From: Thermodesulfobacteriota bacterium
GTDB taxonomy: Bacteria; Desulfobacterota; WTBG01; JAGOGO01
Direction of reading: 5' to 3'
Assembly: GCA_026625185.1 (NCBI GenBank)
Contig: CP113000.1
Coordinates: forward strand, 2,325,622-2,357,621
DNA: 32,000 nt
Shown: positions 8,117 through 16,924 of the stretch, one piece after another
Numbering within the stretch: the stretch's first letter is position 1
Layout of the letters: every line of letters begins with the position of its first letter
The notes under the pieces: generated by a model
Database searches by the model: none
Told to the model about the DNA's origin: nothing
What the model saw: only the letters and a program-made list of their open reading frames with translations
Position numbers and translations under genes: made by a program

Positions 8117-10249
8117 TTAGTTTTTATCTAAAACCTCCCGTATTTTTCTCGTCAGTTTCTCAACCGTAAAGGGCTTGTGAATAAGGTTTACCCCTTTCTC
8201 TACTAACCGATGATGAACAACCGTCTCATCCGCATATCCGGACATATAAAGCACCTTGAAATCCTGACCTGCCCGCTTAAGCCGTTCGATTAATTGGGGG
8301 CCATCCATATTCGGCATCACTACGTCGGTTAAGATTATATGGATCGGGTTGTTTTCTTTTTCACAAATAATCAACGCCTCTTCCCCTTCCGCCGCCTCCA
8401 ATACCTTATATCCCTGCATCCTTAAGATATCCACTGCCAACTTCCGAACGCTACTATCATCTTCTACCACTAATACTGTCTCATTACCCTGAGGTATTTT
8501 CTCAACTGGCGCCTCCCCTTTTAACTCCTCCGGAGGTTCAAACACCCGTGGAAGATATATCTTAATCGTTGTTCCCTTGCCTACTTCACTATAGACATAA
8601 ATATCCCCTCCGCTTTGCTTCACAATTCCATAGACGGTTGAAAGTCCTAACCCGGTCCCTTTTCCTTTCTCCTTGGTGGTAAAAAAAGGATCAAAAATCT
8701 GTTCCTTAACTTCTTCGGTCATCCCCACGCCGGTATCGTTTACCGAAAGCATAACATATGCACCCGGAAGCATCCCTATATAGGAAAGCCTGTACTTCTC
8801 ATCCAATTCTACATTGACAGTCTCAATAAAAAGTTTTCCTCCTTCAGGCATAGCATCCCTGGCATTGACGGCAAGGTTTATAATCACCTGTTCCATCTGT
8901 CCGGGATCAACTTTAACCAACCCCAGATCATCAGCGAATACAGTTTTAAACTCAATGTGTTCCCCGATCACCCGGCGGAGCATTTTCTCCAAATCATTTA
9001 AAATGAAATTCAGATTAACCACCTTTATCTCCAGGATCTGACGGCGGCTGAAAGCCAAGAGCTGGCGGGTAAGGTTGGCAGCCTGGTCGGCTGCTTGCTC
9101 GATATCTTTAAGTTTGTCCTCCAAGGGGTCATCTTTCCGCAGGCCCCGGAGAGCGAGCTGGGTTTGGATGCTGATCACGGTAAGCAGGTTGTTAAAATCA
9201 TGGGCAACTCCCCCGGCTAACTGGCCGATTGCTTCCATCTTCTGGGCCTGGAGAAATTGTGCCTGCAAAGAAAGCATCTGCTGCTCCGTCTTCTTGCGCT
9301 CGGTAATATCCTGATAGCTGCTTATGGTTGCCTGTTTTCCTTGGTGCTGAATAGACGCGACCGACTCTAAAGCCCACTTAATTTCTCCGTTTTTGTTGGT
9401 TATTCTGAATTCGTACGGAACGACGCGTTTTCCTTTCAGCATTTGAAGGGCATTATCCCTGACTATTTCTCTGTCCTTAGGGAATACCAAGCTCAGTGCT
9501 TCCATGCCTAATAATTCGTCTTCACGATAGCCGCTATCTCGCTGAAACTGTGGGTTGGTGTAGACGAATTTCCCTTTCTGGACAATGTAAACGCCAACCG
9601 GTGAATTCGCAGCTAGACCTCTGAATTGCTCTTCTGCCTGCTTGCACTCTTGCCCCAGTCTGTCTCTCTGAAGTCTCGCATTAAGGATAGGCGAAATTTT
9701 GCCGACAATGCTTTCCAGCAAAACCTTGTCTTCCTCGGTGTAACCCCCTTCTTTGTTGGCAACAGAAAGCAATCCAATGGTCTGTTGTTCAAAAACGATC
9801 GGCACCGTGAAAAAATAATCAATGTGAATATGCCCCTCAGGTGTGCGAAAGGGGCCATCCGCATAGAAACTCTTTTTTTCTTTGATCGCTCTGCCCCAGA
9901 TGCTCTCTCCCCAGGAATCAGATGGAAAAACGAGAGACTTATCGGAGACTTGGCACTCATTCCAGATGCCTCGGGTCAAACTGGGGATGATAAGTTCCCC
10001 CTGGTCCCCAATAAATCCGAAAATGCCATACTTGCTTCTCATCACCCGAAGAACGACCGCCAAAACCCTTTCGTACATCGCTTCGTCAGGGGCGGTAAGA
10101 AAGATGTTGGCAATCTGGTTTAGAATTGACCTTTCATATTCCGATTTGCACAGTTTCTCTTCGGCTTGTTTACGCTCACAAGCTTCTTTCTTGAACTTTT
10201 CGACCATTTTTTCCAGTTCTTCTTGAGTCCGACTTTTAACCACTATCAC
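8117..10249 (-). CDS. hybrid sensor histidine kinase (GAF-PAS-HisKA-HATPase_c-receiver)
   Basis: H-box GGVAHDFNNLL, N-box NLAVNARDAM, G-boxes DTGVGM and GTGLGLS, and a C-terminal receiver (ILTDVVMPNMDG). GTG start with a GGAGG just upstream. Confidence 0.9.
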   Translation of the reverse strand: MIVVKSRTQEELEKMVEKFKKEACERKQAEEKLCKSEYERSILNQIANIFLTAPDEAMYERVLAVVLRVMRSKYGIFGFIGDQGELIIPSLTRGIWNECQVSDKSLVFPSDSWGESIWGRAIKEKKSFYADGPFRTPEGHIHIDYFFTVPIVFEQQTIGLLSVANKEGGYTEEDKVLLESIVGKISPILNARLQRDRLGQECKQAEEQFRGLAANSPVGVYIVQKGKFVYTNPQFQRDSGYREDELLGMEALSLVFPKDREIVRDNALQMLKGKRVVPYEFRITNKNGEIKWALESVASIQHQGKQATISSYQDITERKKTEQQMLSLQAQFLQAQKMEAIGQLAGGVAHDFNNLLTVISIQTQLALRGLRKDDPLEDKLKDIEQAADQAANLTRQLLAFSRRQILEIKVVNLNFILNDLEKMLRRVIGEHIEFKTVFADDLGLVKVDPGQMEQVIINLAVNARDAMPEGGKLFIETVNVELDEKYRLSYIGMLPGAYVMLSVNDTGVGMTEEVKEQIFDPFFTTKEKGKGTGLGLSTVYGIVKQSGGDIYVYSEVGKGTTIKIYLPRVFEPPEELKGEAPVEKIPQGNETVLVVEDDSSVRKLAVDILRMQGYKVLEAAEGEEALIICEKENNPIHIILTDVVMPNMDGPQLIERLKRAGQDFKVLYMSGYADETVVHHRLVEKGVNLIHKPFTVEKLTRKIREVLDKN

Positions 10250-10489
10250 ATCCTCCGTTCTGCACTTAAATTCAATTCGTCCGGCACTCCAAACCCATCT
10301 TCACCCGGAATTAGTTTGTCTTTTCCTTTCATGTGCTGAATGCAAATGATCGGAAGATTTTTTGCCCTAAACAGGGCTATAGCCACATTGATCCGATATT
10401 CCCCATATCAAAATCATTAGGGCTAATACCCCCTCCATAACTTAGCTGTAAAGCTCCTATTAATCCATTTTTTATGCAAAGGTAAATGG

Positions 10490-11284
10490 TTAAGTGATAT
10501 CTACTTCTTTACCATCAATGATTGCCTGGGGTATCCCCTGTACCATCAGTTCCGCTTTTTCGCTGCCGATAAGGTCAGCGACTTCCAAAACTGCCCGCGA
10601 GAGAATCGGCGGTCTCAGGTCTCGGGAGTGGGCATCAGTGGCGATCACCTGCACCAGGTTTTTCTTTATCAGGGTTCGGGTAAGTTTTTTAATTTCTTTT
10701 CCGAATTCACCGGTGATACTCAACGCGGTTACCTGGGAAAGAGCGCCGGCCTGAATGAATTCATGAAGTAGTTTGTGATTTCTCTGGATCATGGCAATTC
10801 TTTCCGGGTGGCTGAGGACTGGAACGATGTTTTTTTCGCGGAGTTTCCGGATGAGGTCTTTAACCTGAGGAAAAAGAAAATAATCGGATAACTCCAGGAG
10901 CACGTAACGGAAAGATCTGCCTGGGTTCATAAAGTTTGTTGAAATCATAGGATTGGCAAGATATACAGCAGTTCCCTTTTCTATCTGGTTAAGAATATCA
11001 GCCTCAAAAGCGATATCCGCGCCGGGAAAAACCTTTAAAGCGTGAAGGGAAAGGCGTGAAGTGTCAGGGGTGAGGAGAGTATTGAGTTCGGCGACTTTGG
11101 ATAAGATGAGGTCTTTGGCCGGGGTGTATATCCCTTGTTTCACATGGGGAGTAGCCACGATGGTGTGAATGCCGTCATTCCGGGCGATGGCGCACATATC
11201 AAGGGTTTCTTGCCAGTCTTTTGCTCCATCATCAAGGCCAGGGAGAATATGAGCGTGAATGTCAATCATATAATAATAGGTCAA
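10490..11284 (-). CDS. CpsB/YwqE-type PHP-family protein-tyrosine phosphatase
   Basis: MIDIHAHILPGLDDG...TIVATPH...HPER...ATDAH, colinear with S. pneumoniae CpsB as recalled. The true start may be the MIDIH Met (about 11269). Confidence 0.85.
   Translation of the reverse strand: MTYYYMIDIHAHILPGLDDGAKDWQETLDMCAIARNDGIHTIVATPHVKQGIYTPAKDLILSKVAELNTLLTPDTSRLSLHALKVFPGADIAFEADILNQIEKGTAVYLANPMISTNFMNPGRSFRYVLLELSDYFLFPQVKDLIRKLREKNIVPVLSHPERIAMIQRNHKLLHEFIQAGALSQVTALSITGEFGKEIKKLTRTLIKKNLVQVIATDAHSRDLRPPILSRAVLEVADLIGSEKAELMVQGIPQAIIDGKEVDIT
11040..11088. repeat. degenerate heptamer array inside the PHP phosphatase CDS
   Basis: GCGTGAA GGGAAAG GCGTGAA GTGTCAG GGGTGAG GAGAGTA TTGAGTT. It encodes ...LLTPDTSRLSLHA... 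Confidence 0.6.
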
Positions 11285-11322
11285 AGGGTTAAGGATAAAG
11301 GGTTAAAGATTAAGTTTCGAGT

Positions 11323-13590
11323 TTAGGACTTCTGACTTCTGAGTCTTCCTGCAGGCTTTTTGTCACCCTCTTCACCATAAGAATGGTAATAGTAATGATA
11401 ATAGTAGCGGTAGTTAGAGTAATAGTAGCTTTCTTTTTCAAAATTCACGTCATTTAAAACACAGCCTAACACTTTGCCCCCCACTTCAGAGAGTTGTTTT
11501 ATACCTTTCTTAATCGCCGGCCTCGGGGTTGAGGATGCCTTCACCACCACCACCACTCCGTCAACAAGGGTAGACAGGATGGCGGGGTCAGTGACCGAAA
11601 GGATCGGCGGAGAGTCAATGACAATGACATCATACTGTTCCCGTGCCCGCTCAATCATTTCTTTCATTTTTTTTGAATTTAAAAGCTCAGCTGGGTTTGG
11701 GGGAAGAGCGCCGGAGGTTATTATTTTAAGGCCGGGTATGTCCGTATTTTTGATCGTTGATTCTCCGCCGGTGAGAAGCGCGGATAACCCTTTGCCTTTT
11801 TCCAGATCAAAGACCGTGTGAATTCTCGGTCTCCTCAGATCCGCATCTATTAAAAGCACGTTTTTCCCCATGGTGGCAAAGGTGATGGCGAGATTGGAAG
11901 CCAGGAGGGTCTTGCCTTCGAGGGGAAGTACGGACGTTATCAAAAGAACCTTTTTTTCGAGATCCGGAGAAGAAAACAGGAGATTGGTTCTTATGGTCCT
12001 AAAGGCCTCCGCAATAGTTGATTTAGGCTCAGCATGGGTGATTATCTCTTTCTTCTTCAGACCAGTTGAATTGGTAGAAAAGCTTCCCACGACTCCCAAG
12101 AGCGGTATGTTTAAATAGTGCTCCACTTCATCCGGGGTTTTTATGGTGTTATCCAGATATTCGAGGAAGAAGGCTAACCCAATGCCGAGGGTAAAGCCGA
12201 CAATCAGCGCAAGAAAGATATTCTGGAGTTTTTTTGGTTTCACCGGTGTCTCGGGCACGCGTGCGGGATCAACGACCGCAATATTGGTGATGTTTAACCC
12301 TTCGGTAACCGTAGCTTCTTTGGCCCGCTTGAGCAAAGATTCAAATAGGGAGCGGGTGGTGTCGGCTTCCCGTTTTAAGACATCATATTTGATCTGCTTC
12401 TGATTGAGGTCAAGGGCCTCTTTTTTCTTTACTTCCATGGCGGCGATAATGGCTTTTTCTTTGTCTGAGGCTAACCGGGATTCGGTTTCAATACTCTGGG
12501 CGATTTTTCTTACCTCCTGGGCAATTTTCTCCCGTACCCCCCGCATTTCCGATGAAAGTCTCACCATATTGGGGTGTTCCGGGCCATATTTTTGGGAAAG
12601 CTTGGAGTACTCTCCGGAAAGGGCGATATAATTTGCCTGGAGCTCCTGAATTAAGGGGTTTCCCACGACCGCGGGTAATGATTCAACCAATTCCGGCCGG
12701 CCCGAGAATTTTTGAAGCTCTGTGTAGAGCTGCATCTTTTCTATTTTTTCAGTCTGGGCTTTGGTTAAGGCGGCATTTAAGTCATTGAGGCTTTGCAGGA
12801 TGATGCCCTGCCGTTCGCCAAAATCAATATCAATCAAACCTTGTTTTTCCCGGTAGGCCTGCAGAGATTCTTCACTATGCTGGAGCTTCTTTTCTTCTTC
12901 TTTTATGCTCTGGTTAAGCCAGCCCACGGCTTGCTGGGAGGCGGAAAATTTTCTTTCGATGTTGCTTTCGATGAAAAGCTGGGCATGGGCATTGGCGATC
13001 CGGGCTGCCAGCTGAGGGTTTTTAGCTTCGAAACTGACATTGACCAGGCGACTTTGTCGTATGGGCTCAATTCTCAATCTTCCCAAATAAGACTTTATCA
13101 AGAAGTTGTTTTCTTTGTCTTCCTCCAACTGGGGATCGGTTTTTGCCTCAGCAGAAGAGAAAATGTTTTTAAGCCATCCGATGATTCCCTGGAAAATTGC
13201 TCGCAGACTGAAGCCGTTTTTCAAACCGGCAAATTCCGGGTTTTCCTTTAAGGTGAGAGATTTGATTACCTTCAAGACCAGTGCTTTGCTTTTTAAAATC
13301 CCGTATTGGGTTTGGTAATAGTCCGCGTCAGTCTTGTTAACCCGCAAGACTTCTTCGATATCAACTACCTTGGGGTTATCGCTTTCAATCATAACCTGGG
13401 CGGTTGCCCGAAAGATGGGAGTCATACGGAATGACTCTATGGTTACGGTTACGACCACGATGAGCAGAACGGTTGCGATCAGCCACCGTCTTTTAAAAAT
13501 AACTCGGAGGTAATCTCTTAAATGGATTTCTTCTTCAAAAAAATTCTCAGCCATAAATAAAATCCAAAGGTCTAAAGGTTCAAGGGTCAA
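11323..13590 (-). CDS. polysaccharide co-polymerase (PCP-2a) fused to BY-kinase, Wzc/GumC-like
   Basis: Wzz-type N-terminus with a long coiled-coil periplasmic part. Walker A LPLEGKT, A' LLIDADLRRP, B DVIVIDSPP. C-terminal Tyr cluster YYYSNYRYYYHYYYHSY. The track start is TTG at 13590; an ATG alternative exists at 13554 (MAENFF). Confidence 0.9.
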   Translation of the reverse strand: MTLEPLDLWILFMAENFFEEEIHLRDYLRVIFKRRWLIATVLLIVVVTVTIESFRMTPIFRATAQVMIESDNPKVVDIEEVLRVNKTDADYYQTQYGILKSKALVLKVIKSLTLKENPEFAGLKNGFSLRAIFQGIIGWLKNIFSSAEAKTDPQLEEDKENNFLIKSYLGRLRIEPIRQSRLVNVSFEAKNPQLAARIANAHAQLFIESNIERKFSASQQAVGWLNQSIKEEEKKLQHSEESLQAYREKQGLIDIDFGERQGIILQSLNDLNAALTKAQTEKIEKMQLYTELQKFSGRPELVESLPAVVGNPLIQELQANYIALSGEYSKLSQKYGPEHPNMVRLSSEMRGVREKIAQEVRKIAQSIETESRLASDKEKAIIAAMEVKKKEALDLNQKQIKYDVLKREADTTRSLFESLLKRAKEATVTEGLNITNIAVVDPARVPETPVKPKKLQNIFLALIVGFTLGIGLAFFLEYLDNTIKTPDEVEHYLNIPLLGVVGSFSTNSTGLKKKEIITHAEPKSTIAEAFRTIRTNLLFSSPDLEKKVLLITSVLPLEGKTLLASNLAITFATMGKNVLLIDADLRRPRIHTVFDLEKGKGLSALLTGGESTIKNTDIPGLKIITSGALPPNPAELLNSKKMKEMIERAREQYDVIVIDSPPILSVTDPAILSTLVDGVVVVVKASSTPRPAIKKGIKQLSEVGGKVLGCVLNDVNFEKESYYYSNYRYYYHYYYHSYGEEGDKKPAGRLRSQKS

Positions 13591-14564
13591 AAGAAGCTTT
13601 CCGGGACCATCACGATATCTTCTGGTTCGATCGGGTCGGTCATGGTTATGTTAATCTCGGTTTTTCTTCCCTCTTTTTCCCGCACCACTTTGGTCCGGTT
13701 AACCGCTGCCTTTTCGGTCGCGCCGCCAGCGGTGGTAATCGCTTTCAGGACAGTGGTGCCTTTTTCGAGGTTGTATCTACCGGGAGTTTTTACCTCGCCG
13801 TACACGAAAAAGTAAGCGGCTTTGGAAACAAAAACCGTATCGTTGGGTTCAAGATAGATGTTTTGACTGTTATCACCCTCAAGCAGCTTTCGCAGGTTTA
13901 TTCTGATTACCCTATCCTCTTTCCCTGCCTGTTCTAAAGTAACGGGGTTTTCTTTAATATTCTTTGGCCTGATGACGATTACTTCACTTCCGGCATCCTT
14001 GGAAAGACCACCGGCCAGGGTAAGGACTTCGATCAGGGTAGTTTTACCGGTTAATGGATAAGTGCCCGGTCCTTTTTCGCTGCCTCCAACTTCTCCGAGA
14101 ACAAAAACCCGCTTGCTTTTATACCCTTTTACAGTAACGGAAACCTGAGGGTCGATGATGTATTTTCCGGAAAGGCGATTAGTAATTTCTTGTTCAAGCT
14201 GTTCTATTGAGAGGCCCCCTGCCCGGACCGTGCCGATAAGGGGATAAGAAAAAACGCCTTCCCGGGAAACATAGATTTCACGGGTTAAATCATCATGGTC
14301 CCACACCTGTATCTCCAACACATCTTCAGGGCCGATTTCATATTCTTTTTCTTTTTGTGGCGGAGAAGCAAATACCGGCGCTTTCTTTTGGAAAATATCC
14401 TTGATGCCTTCCTCATGGGAAGCGCTGGTTGAGGTTTGTTCGGCGGCTTTTTCTGGCTCACCATCTATTTTGGGTATGGTGGGATAGAAGCAGGCCGAAA
14501 GGAGAAGCAGAAAAAGAGTGAGGAAAAAATAAGGCAGAGGTTTAATGTTTTGTTTTGGAATCAT
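13587..14564 (-). CDS. Wza-like polysaccharide export protein (Poly_export + SLBB)
   Basis: Signal/lipoprotein-like N-terminus (LLLSAC). YEIGPEDVLEIQVW...SYPLIGTVRAGGLSIEQLEQEI, plus repeated SLBB-like segments. Confidence 0.85.
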   Translation of the reverse strand: MIPKQNIKPLPYFFLTLFLLLLSACFYPTIPKIDGEPEKAAEQTSTSASHEEGIKDIFQKKAPVFASPPQKEKEYEIGPEDVLEIQVWDHDDLTREIYVSREGVFSYPLIGTVRAGGLSIEQLEQEITNRLSGKYIIDPQVSVTVKGYKSKRVFVLGEVGGSEKGPGTYPLTGKTTLIEVLTLAGGLSKDAGSEVIVIRPKNIKENPVTLEQAGKEDRVIRINLRKLLEGDNSQNIYLEPNDTVFVSKAAYFFVYGEVKTPGRYNLEKGTTVLKAITTAGGATEKAAVNRTKVVREKEGRKTEINITMTDPIEPEDIVMVPESFF

Positions 14565-14706
14565 AGCACAGGTTTTCCGTTTAAAATTCTGGGGTCATAA
14601 GGAGTTAGATTTTCTACCTGAGAATGAGAAAGGAGGCTAAGGCCTCCTTTCGTTATGTAGGCATTTGTCTTTTTCCGTGTTTTGAGAAAAGTCACGCAGC
14701 ATCTGC

Positions 14707-15999
14707 CTAAAAACTGAGTGATAAGGTCCCTAAAAATAAATTCTCCCGATAGGACTCGCCGTCAACATTAGAATCATTATCGGTATAACGATACCCTAAC
14801 TTAAATCCTAGCCAGTCCTGGATCTGATAAAGTCCGCTTATGCCGGCAGCGAAGCGGTCATCCTCCCTTCTCTTGCTTGACGAACCTTTTTCACGATAAT
14901 CGTCATTAAAGTACGATGCTTCCCCTATGCCGGAAATTTTATAGGTAAACCGATGGGTGTAACAAAGGGTGCCTCCGGTTGATGTGTAATACGTACCGTA
15001 GAGACCGGGCGCAATACCGGGTACATGAGATTCAGTGACGCTCGTTTCCAGGAGTTTTCTGAATCCTTTCAGGGTAAAGGTATCATAGGAGGTGAGTTTG
15101 TATTTCAGATCTCCCTCCATCGCAAATCCGGACCAGTCCTTTGAGTTACCGCCCCCATCATAATTTCTTTGGTAATAACCGCCTTTGATGGTGCCCACGA
15201 TTTTTGCGGTGGGCTCCCACATGAACCCGAGCCAGTACCGGTGAGAATCGGAATCTCGATCAGTGTCGGGCAACCCCCGATCGGTTACGTTGCGGTGAGT
15301 AAAACCGTATTCAAAAAGCACAGAGGTTTTGGGAAAAAACCGGTAAAACAGGTCCATGCCCATGTCGTTTTCCATATAGTTATCCCATTCGGGATTGGCG
15401 GTAGGATCAAAGGGGCTGCGGAAGTCGTCAAAATTGCGGGAGGTGTTGCGATAAAAACCGGTCACTTTATACCGGGTGGCCAGCCGATAACTGATATCGC
15501 AAAAAGCCCGGTTTTGGAGGTAGTCCTGCCTTATGTCGATTTTATTAACGGGAGGGGTGGAATTGCTTTCCCAGTTATCCCCAGCCAGAATAGTGAGCCG
15601 GTTAAAATCCAGGTTAAGAATCCCGTTAACAAAATGGCTGTCAGTATCGTATTGTTTGTGAAATCGCTTGGCTTCAATAATATCCGCGTGGTAATCAATC
15701 TGGAAAAAATGACGTCGAATCGGAAGCTGAAGAGTAATGCCCGGGGAGACCGTGGTGATCAATGACCCCCTTTTATGGTCCTCCACCTTAAATAAATTGC
15801 TTGTATAGGATTCGGTTACACTCACCCCGGGGTGGATTTTAAGCGGGCCCACATGGATGTTGCCGGGAAGGTCTCGCATGGTTTGAATATCAGTTGAGGT
15901 TGGTATTTGCTGGGCTTGACTTTGAAAAGAACTATTGAGAAACAATAAAAGAAAAACTAAAGCTGAAACCGTCACATTAAATCCTCTTTCAAACTTCAT
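14707..15999 (-). CDS. outer-membrane beta-barrel protein of EPS loci
   Basis: Signal peptide, alternating Tyr/Gly-rich amphipathic strands, and a terminal ...LGTLSLSF (C-terminal Phe OMP signature). Confidence 0.6.
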   Translation of the reverse strand: MKFERGFNVTVSALVFLLLFLNSSFQSQAQQIPTSTDIQTMRDLPGNIHVGPLKIHPGVSVTESYTSNLFKVEDHKRGSLITTVSPGITLQLPIRRHFFQIDYHADIIEAKRFHKQYDTDSHFVNGILNLDFNRLTILAGDNWESNSTPPVNKIDIRQDYLQNRAFCDISYRLATRYKVTGFYRNTSRNFDDFRSPFDPTANPEWDNYMENDMGMDLFYRFFPKTSVLFEYGFTHRNVTDRGLPDTDRDSDSHRYWLGFMWEPTAKIVGTIKGGYYQRNYDGGGNSKDWSGFAMEGDLKYKLTSYDTFTLKGFRKLLETSVTESHVPGIAPGLYGTYYTSTGGTLCYTHRFTYKISGIGEASYFNDDYREKGSSSKRREDDRFAAGISGLYQIQDWLGFKLGYRYTDNDSNVDGESYRENLFLGTLSLSF

Positions 16000-16050
16000 C
16001 CTCTACTCCTTTCTTCAGTTACGATTCACAAAGGCAAAACAGAAATTCTA

Positions 16051-16464
16051 TTACATTGCCGGGCTTGCCGGATGCCTTGGCGGTGGTGGGGGAGGTGTTG
16101 GTGCTGAAGGAGGGCTTAATTCTAACTCTTCGTTTAAGGAACGCACAATAGCATCCACTTCCTTACAGGATAACGGAGCAAGCAATCCTTTCCCACAAGC
16201 TTTTCCGGCGGCTTGAGTGATCTCATCGGCAATAACCGGGTTCATGTAATCCCCGGGTTTAAATCCGTCCGGCGGCATTATTTCTACCTTGGTCAAGGCA
16301 GCAATAGCAGCATCAATTGAGAGGTCTTTTCCCAACCCAAGTTTTTCGGCTAATTTAATCGCGTATTCGCCCTGGGTGATTGAGGAGGCAAAAGCGAATT
16401 GAAACGCAGAAAATAAAAAGAGACCGAACGTGAATACAATTAATGGTGCGAGAATTTTTTTCAT
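16051..16464 (-). CDS. secreted small protein with Pro-rich C-terminal tail
   Basis: Signal peptide MKKILAPLIVFTFGLFLFSAFQFAFA. Tail SPPSAPTPPPPPPRHPASPAM. No family recognised. Confidence 0.5.
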   Translation of the reverse strand: MKKILAPLIVFTFGLFLFSAFQFAFASSITQGEYAIKLAEKLGLGKDLSIDAAIAALTKVEIMPPDGFKPGDYMNPVIADEITQAAGKACGKGLLAPLSCKEVDAIVRSLNEELELSPPSAPTPPPPPPRHPASPAM

Positions 16465-16750
16465 TTCTTTTCCTCCCTTGGTTGATGGTAAAATTTTAAC
16501 TCCATCCTCTAAAGCACTATTTGAGAAAATTATAAATAAAATATTAAGAATTATAACTTATAAATAGGTTAGGATTTAAATCAATACCCATTTAAACCTT
16601 GGTTAAACCGGGTTATAAACTGGGATTATGGGAAAGATAAAAGGTGGGTTCTCAGGTTGTCTTTTCGGTTCTAGAAGTGGACCCCAGACCAAGGCTATTT
16701 TATAGAGCAATTATTTTTCCAAAAAAAATCTGTTCTGTCTTATAGTACGC

Positions 16751-16781
16751 CCCAATTTAAAAATAAATTGGGTATTTTTTT
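16751..16781 (+). terminator. orphan intrinsic-terminator-like hairpin
   Basis: CCCAATTTA-AAAA-TAAATTGGG followed by TATTTTTTT. No plus-strand gene lies upstream, so its role is unclear. Confidence 0.3.
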
Positions 16782-16859
16782 GGAGAAATTCCCAAAAATA
16801 GGCGCTAAACGAGGAAACTAAAAAAATAAGGAAACCATGATGAAAAGAATTATACTAAT

Positions 16860-16872
16860 TGCCAGCGTGGGG
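16860..16872 (-). other. putative displaced 3' end of tRNA-Thr (T-stem 3' strand + acceptor 3' strand + discriminator)
   Basis: The minus strand reads CCCCA-CGCTGGC-A. This is the exact complement of the acceptor 5' strand (GCCAGCG) and of the T-stem start (TGGG) found at 30639-30688. Confidence 0.5.
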
Positions 16873-16924
16873 TTAGTATATGAATGATGGGATTAAGGAT
16901 CAAGCCAAACCGGAAGGAGGTCAA

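Noticed and set aside
11335-11420. Apparent TAGTAA/TAATAG tandem repeat
   Set aside because: It is the reverse complement of the TAC/TAT-rich codons for the C-terminal tyrosine cluster of the BY-kinase. This is coding-driven, not an independent repeat element.
9626-15765. Long antisense ORFs inside the kinase, Wzc-like and OMP genes (e.g. 9626..10123, 9882..10226, 12793..13251, 15169..15765)
   Set aside because: All lie opposite strongly motif-supported CDSs and have no recognisable domains. These are shadow ORFs.
16839-16889. Mini-ORF MMKRIILIASVGLVYE* with a signal-peptide-like start, overlapping the putative tRNA 3' remnant
   Set aside because: It is only 16 codons. I judge it fortuitous, though it is the main alternative explanation for the sequence at 16860-16872 and lowers confidence in the split-tRNA call.
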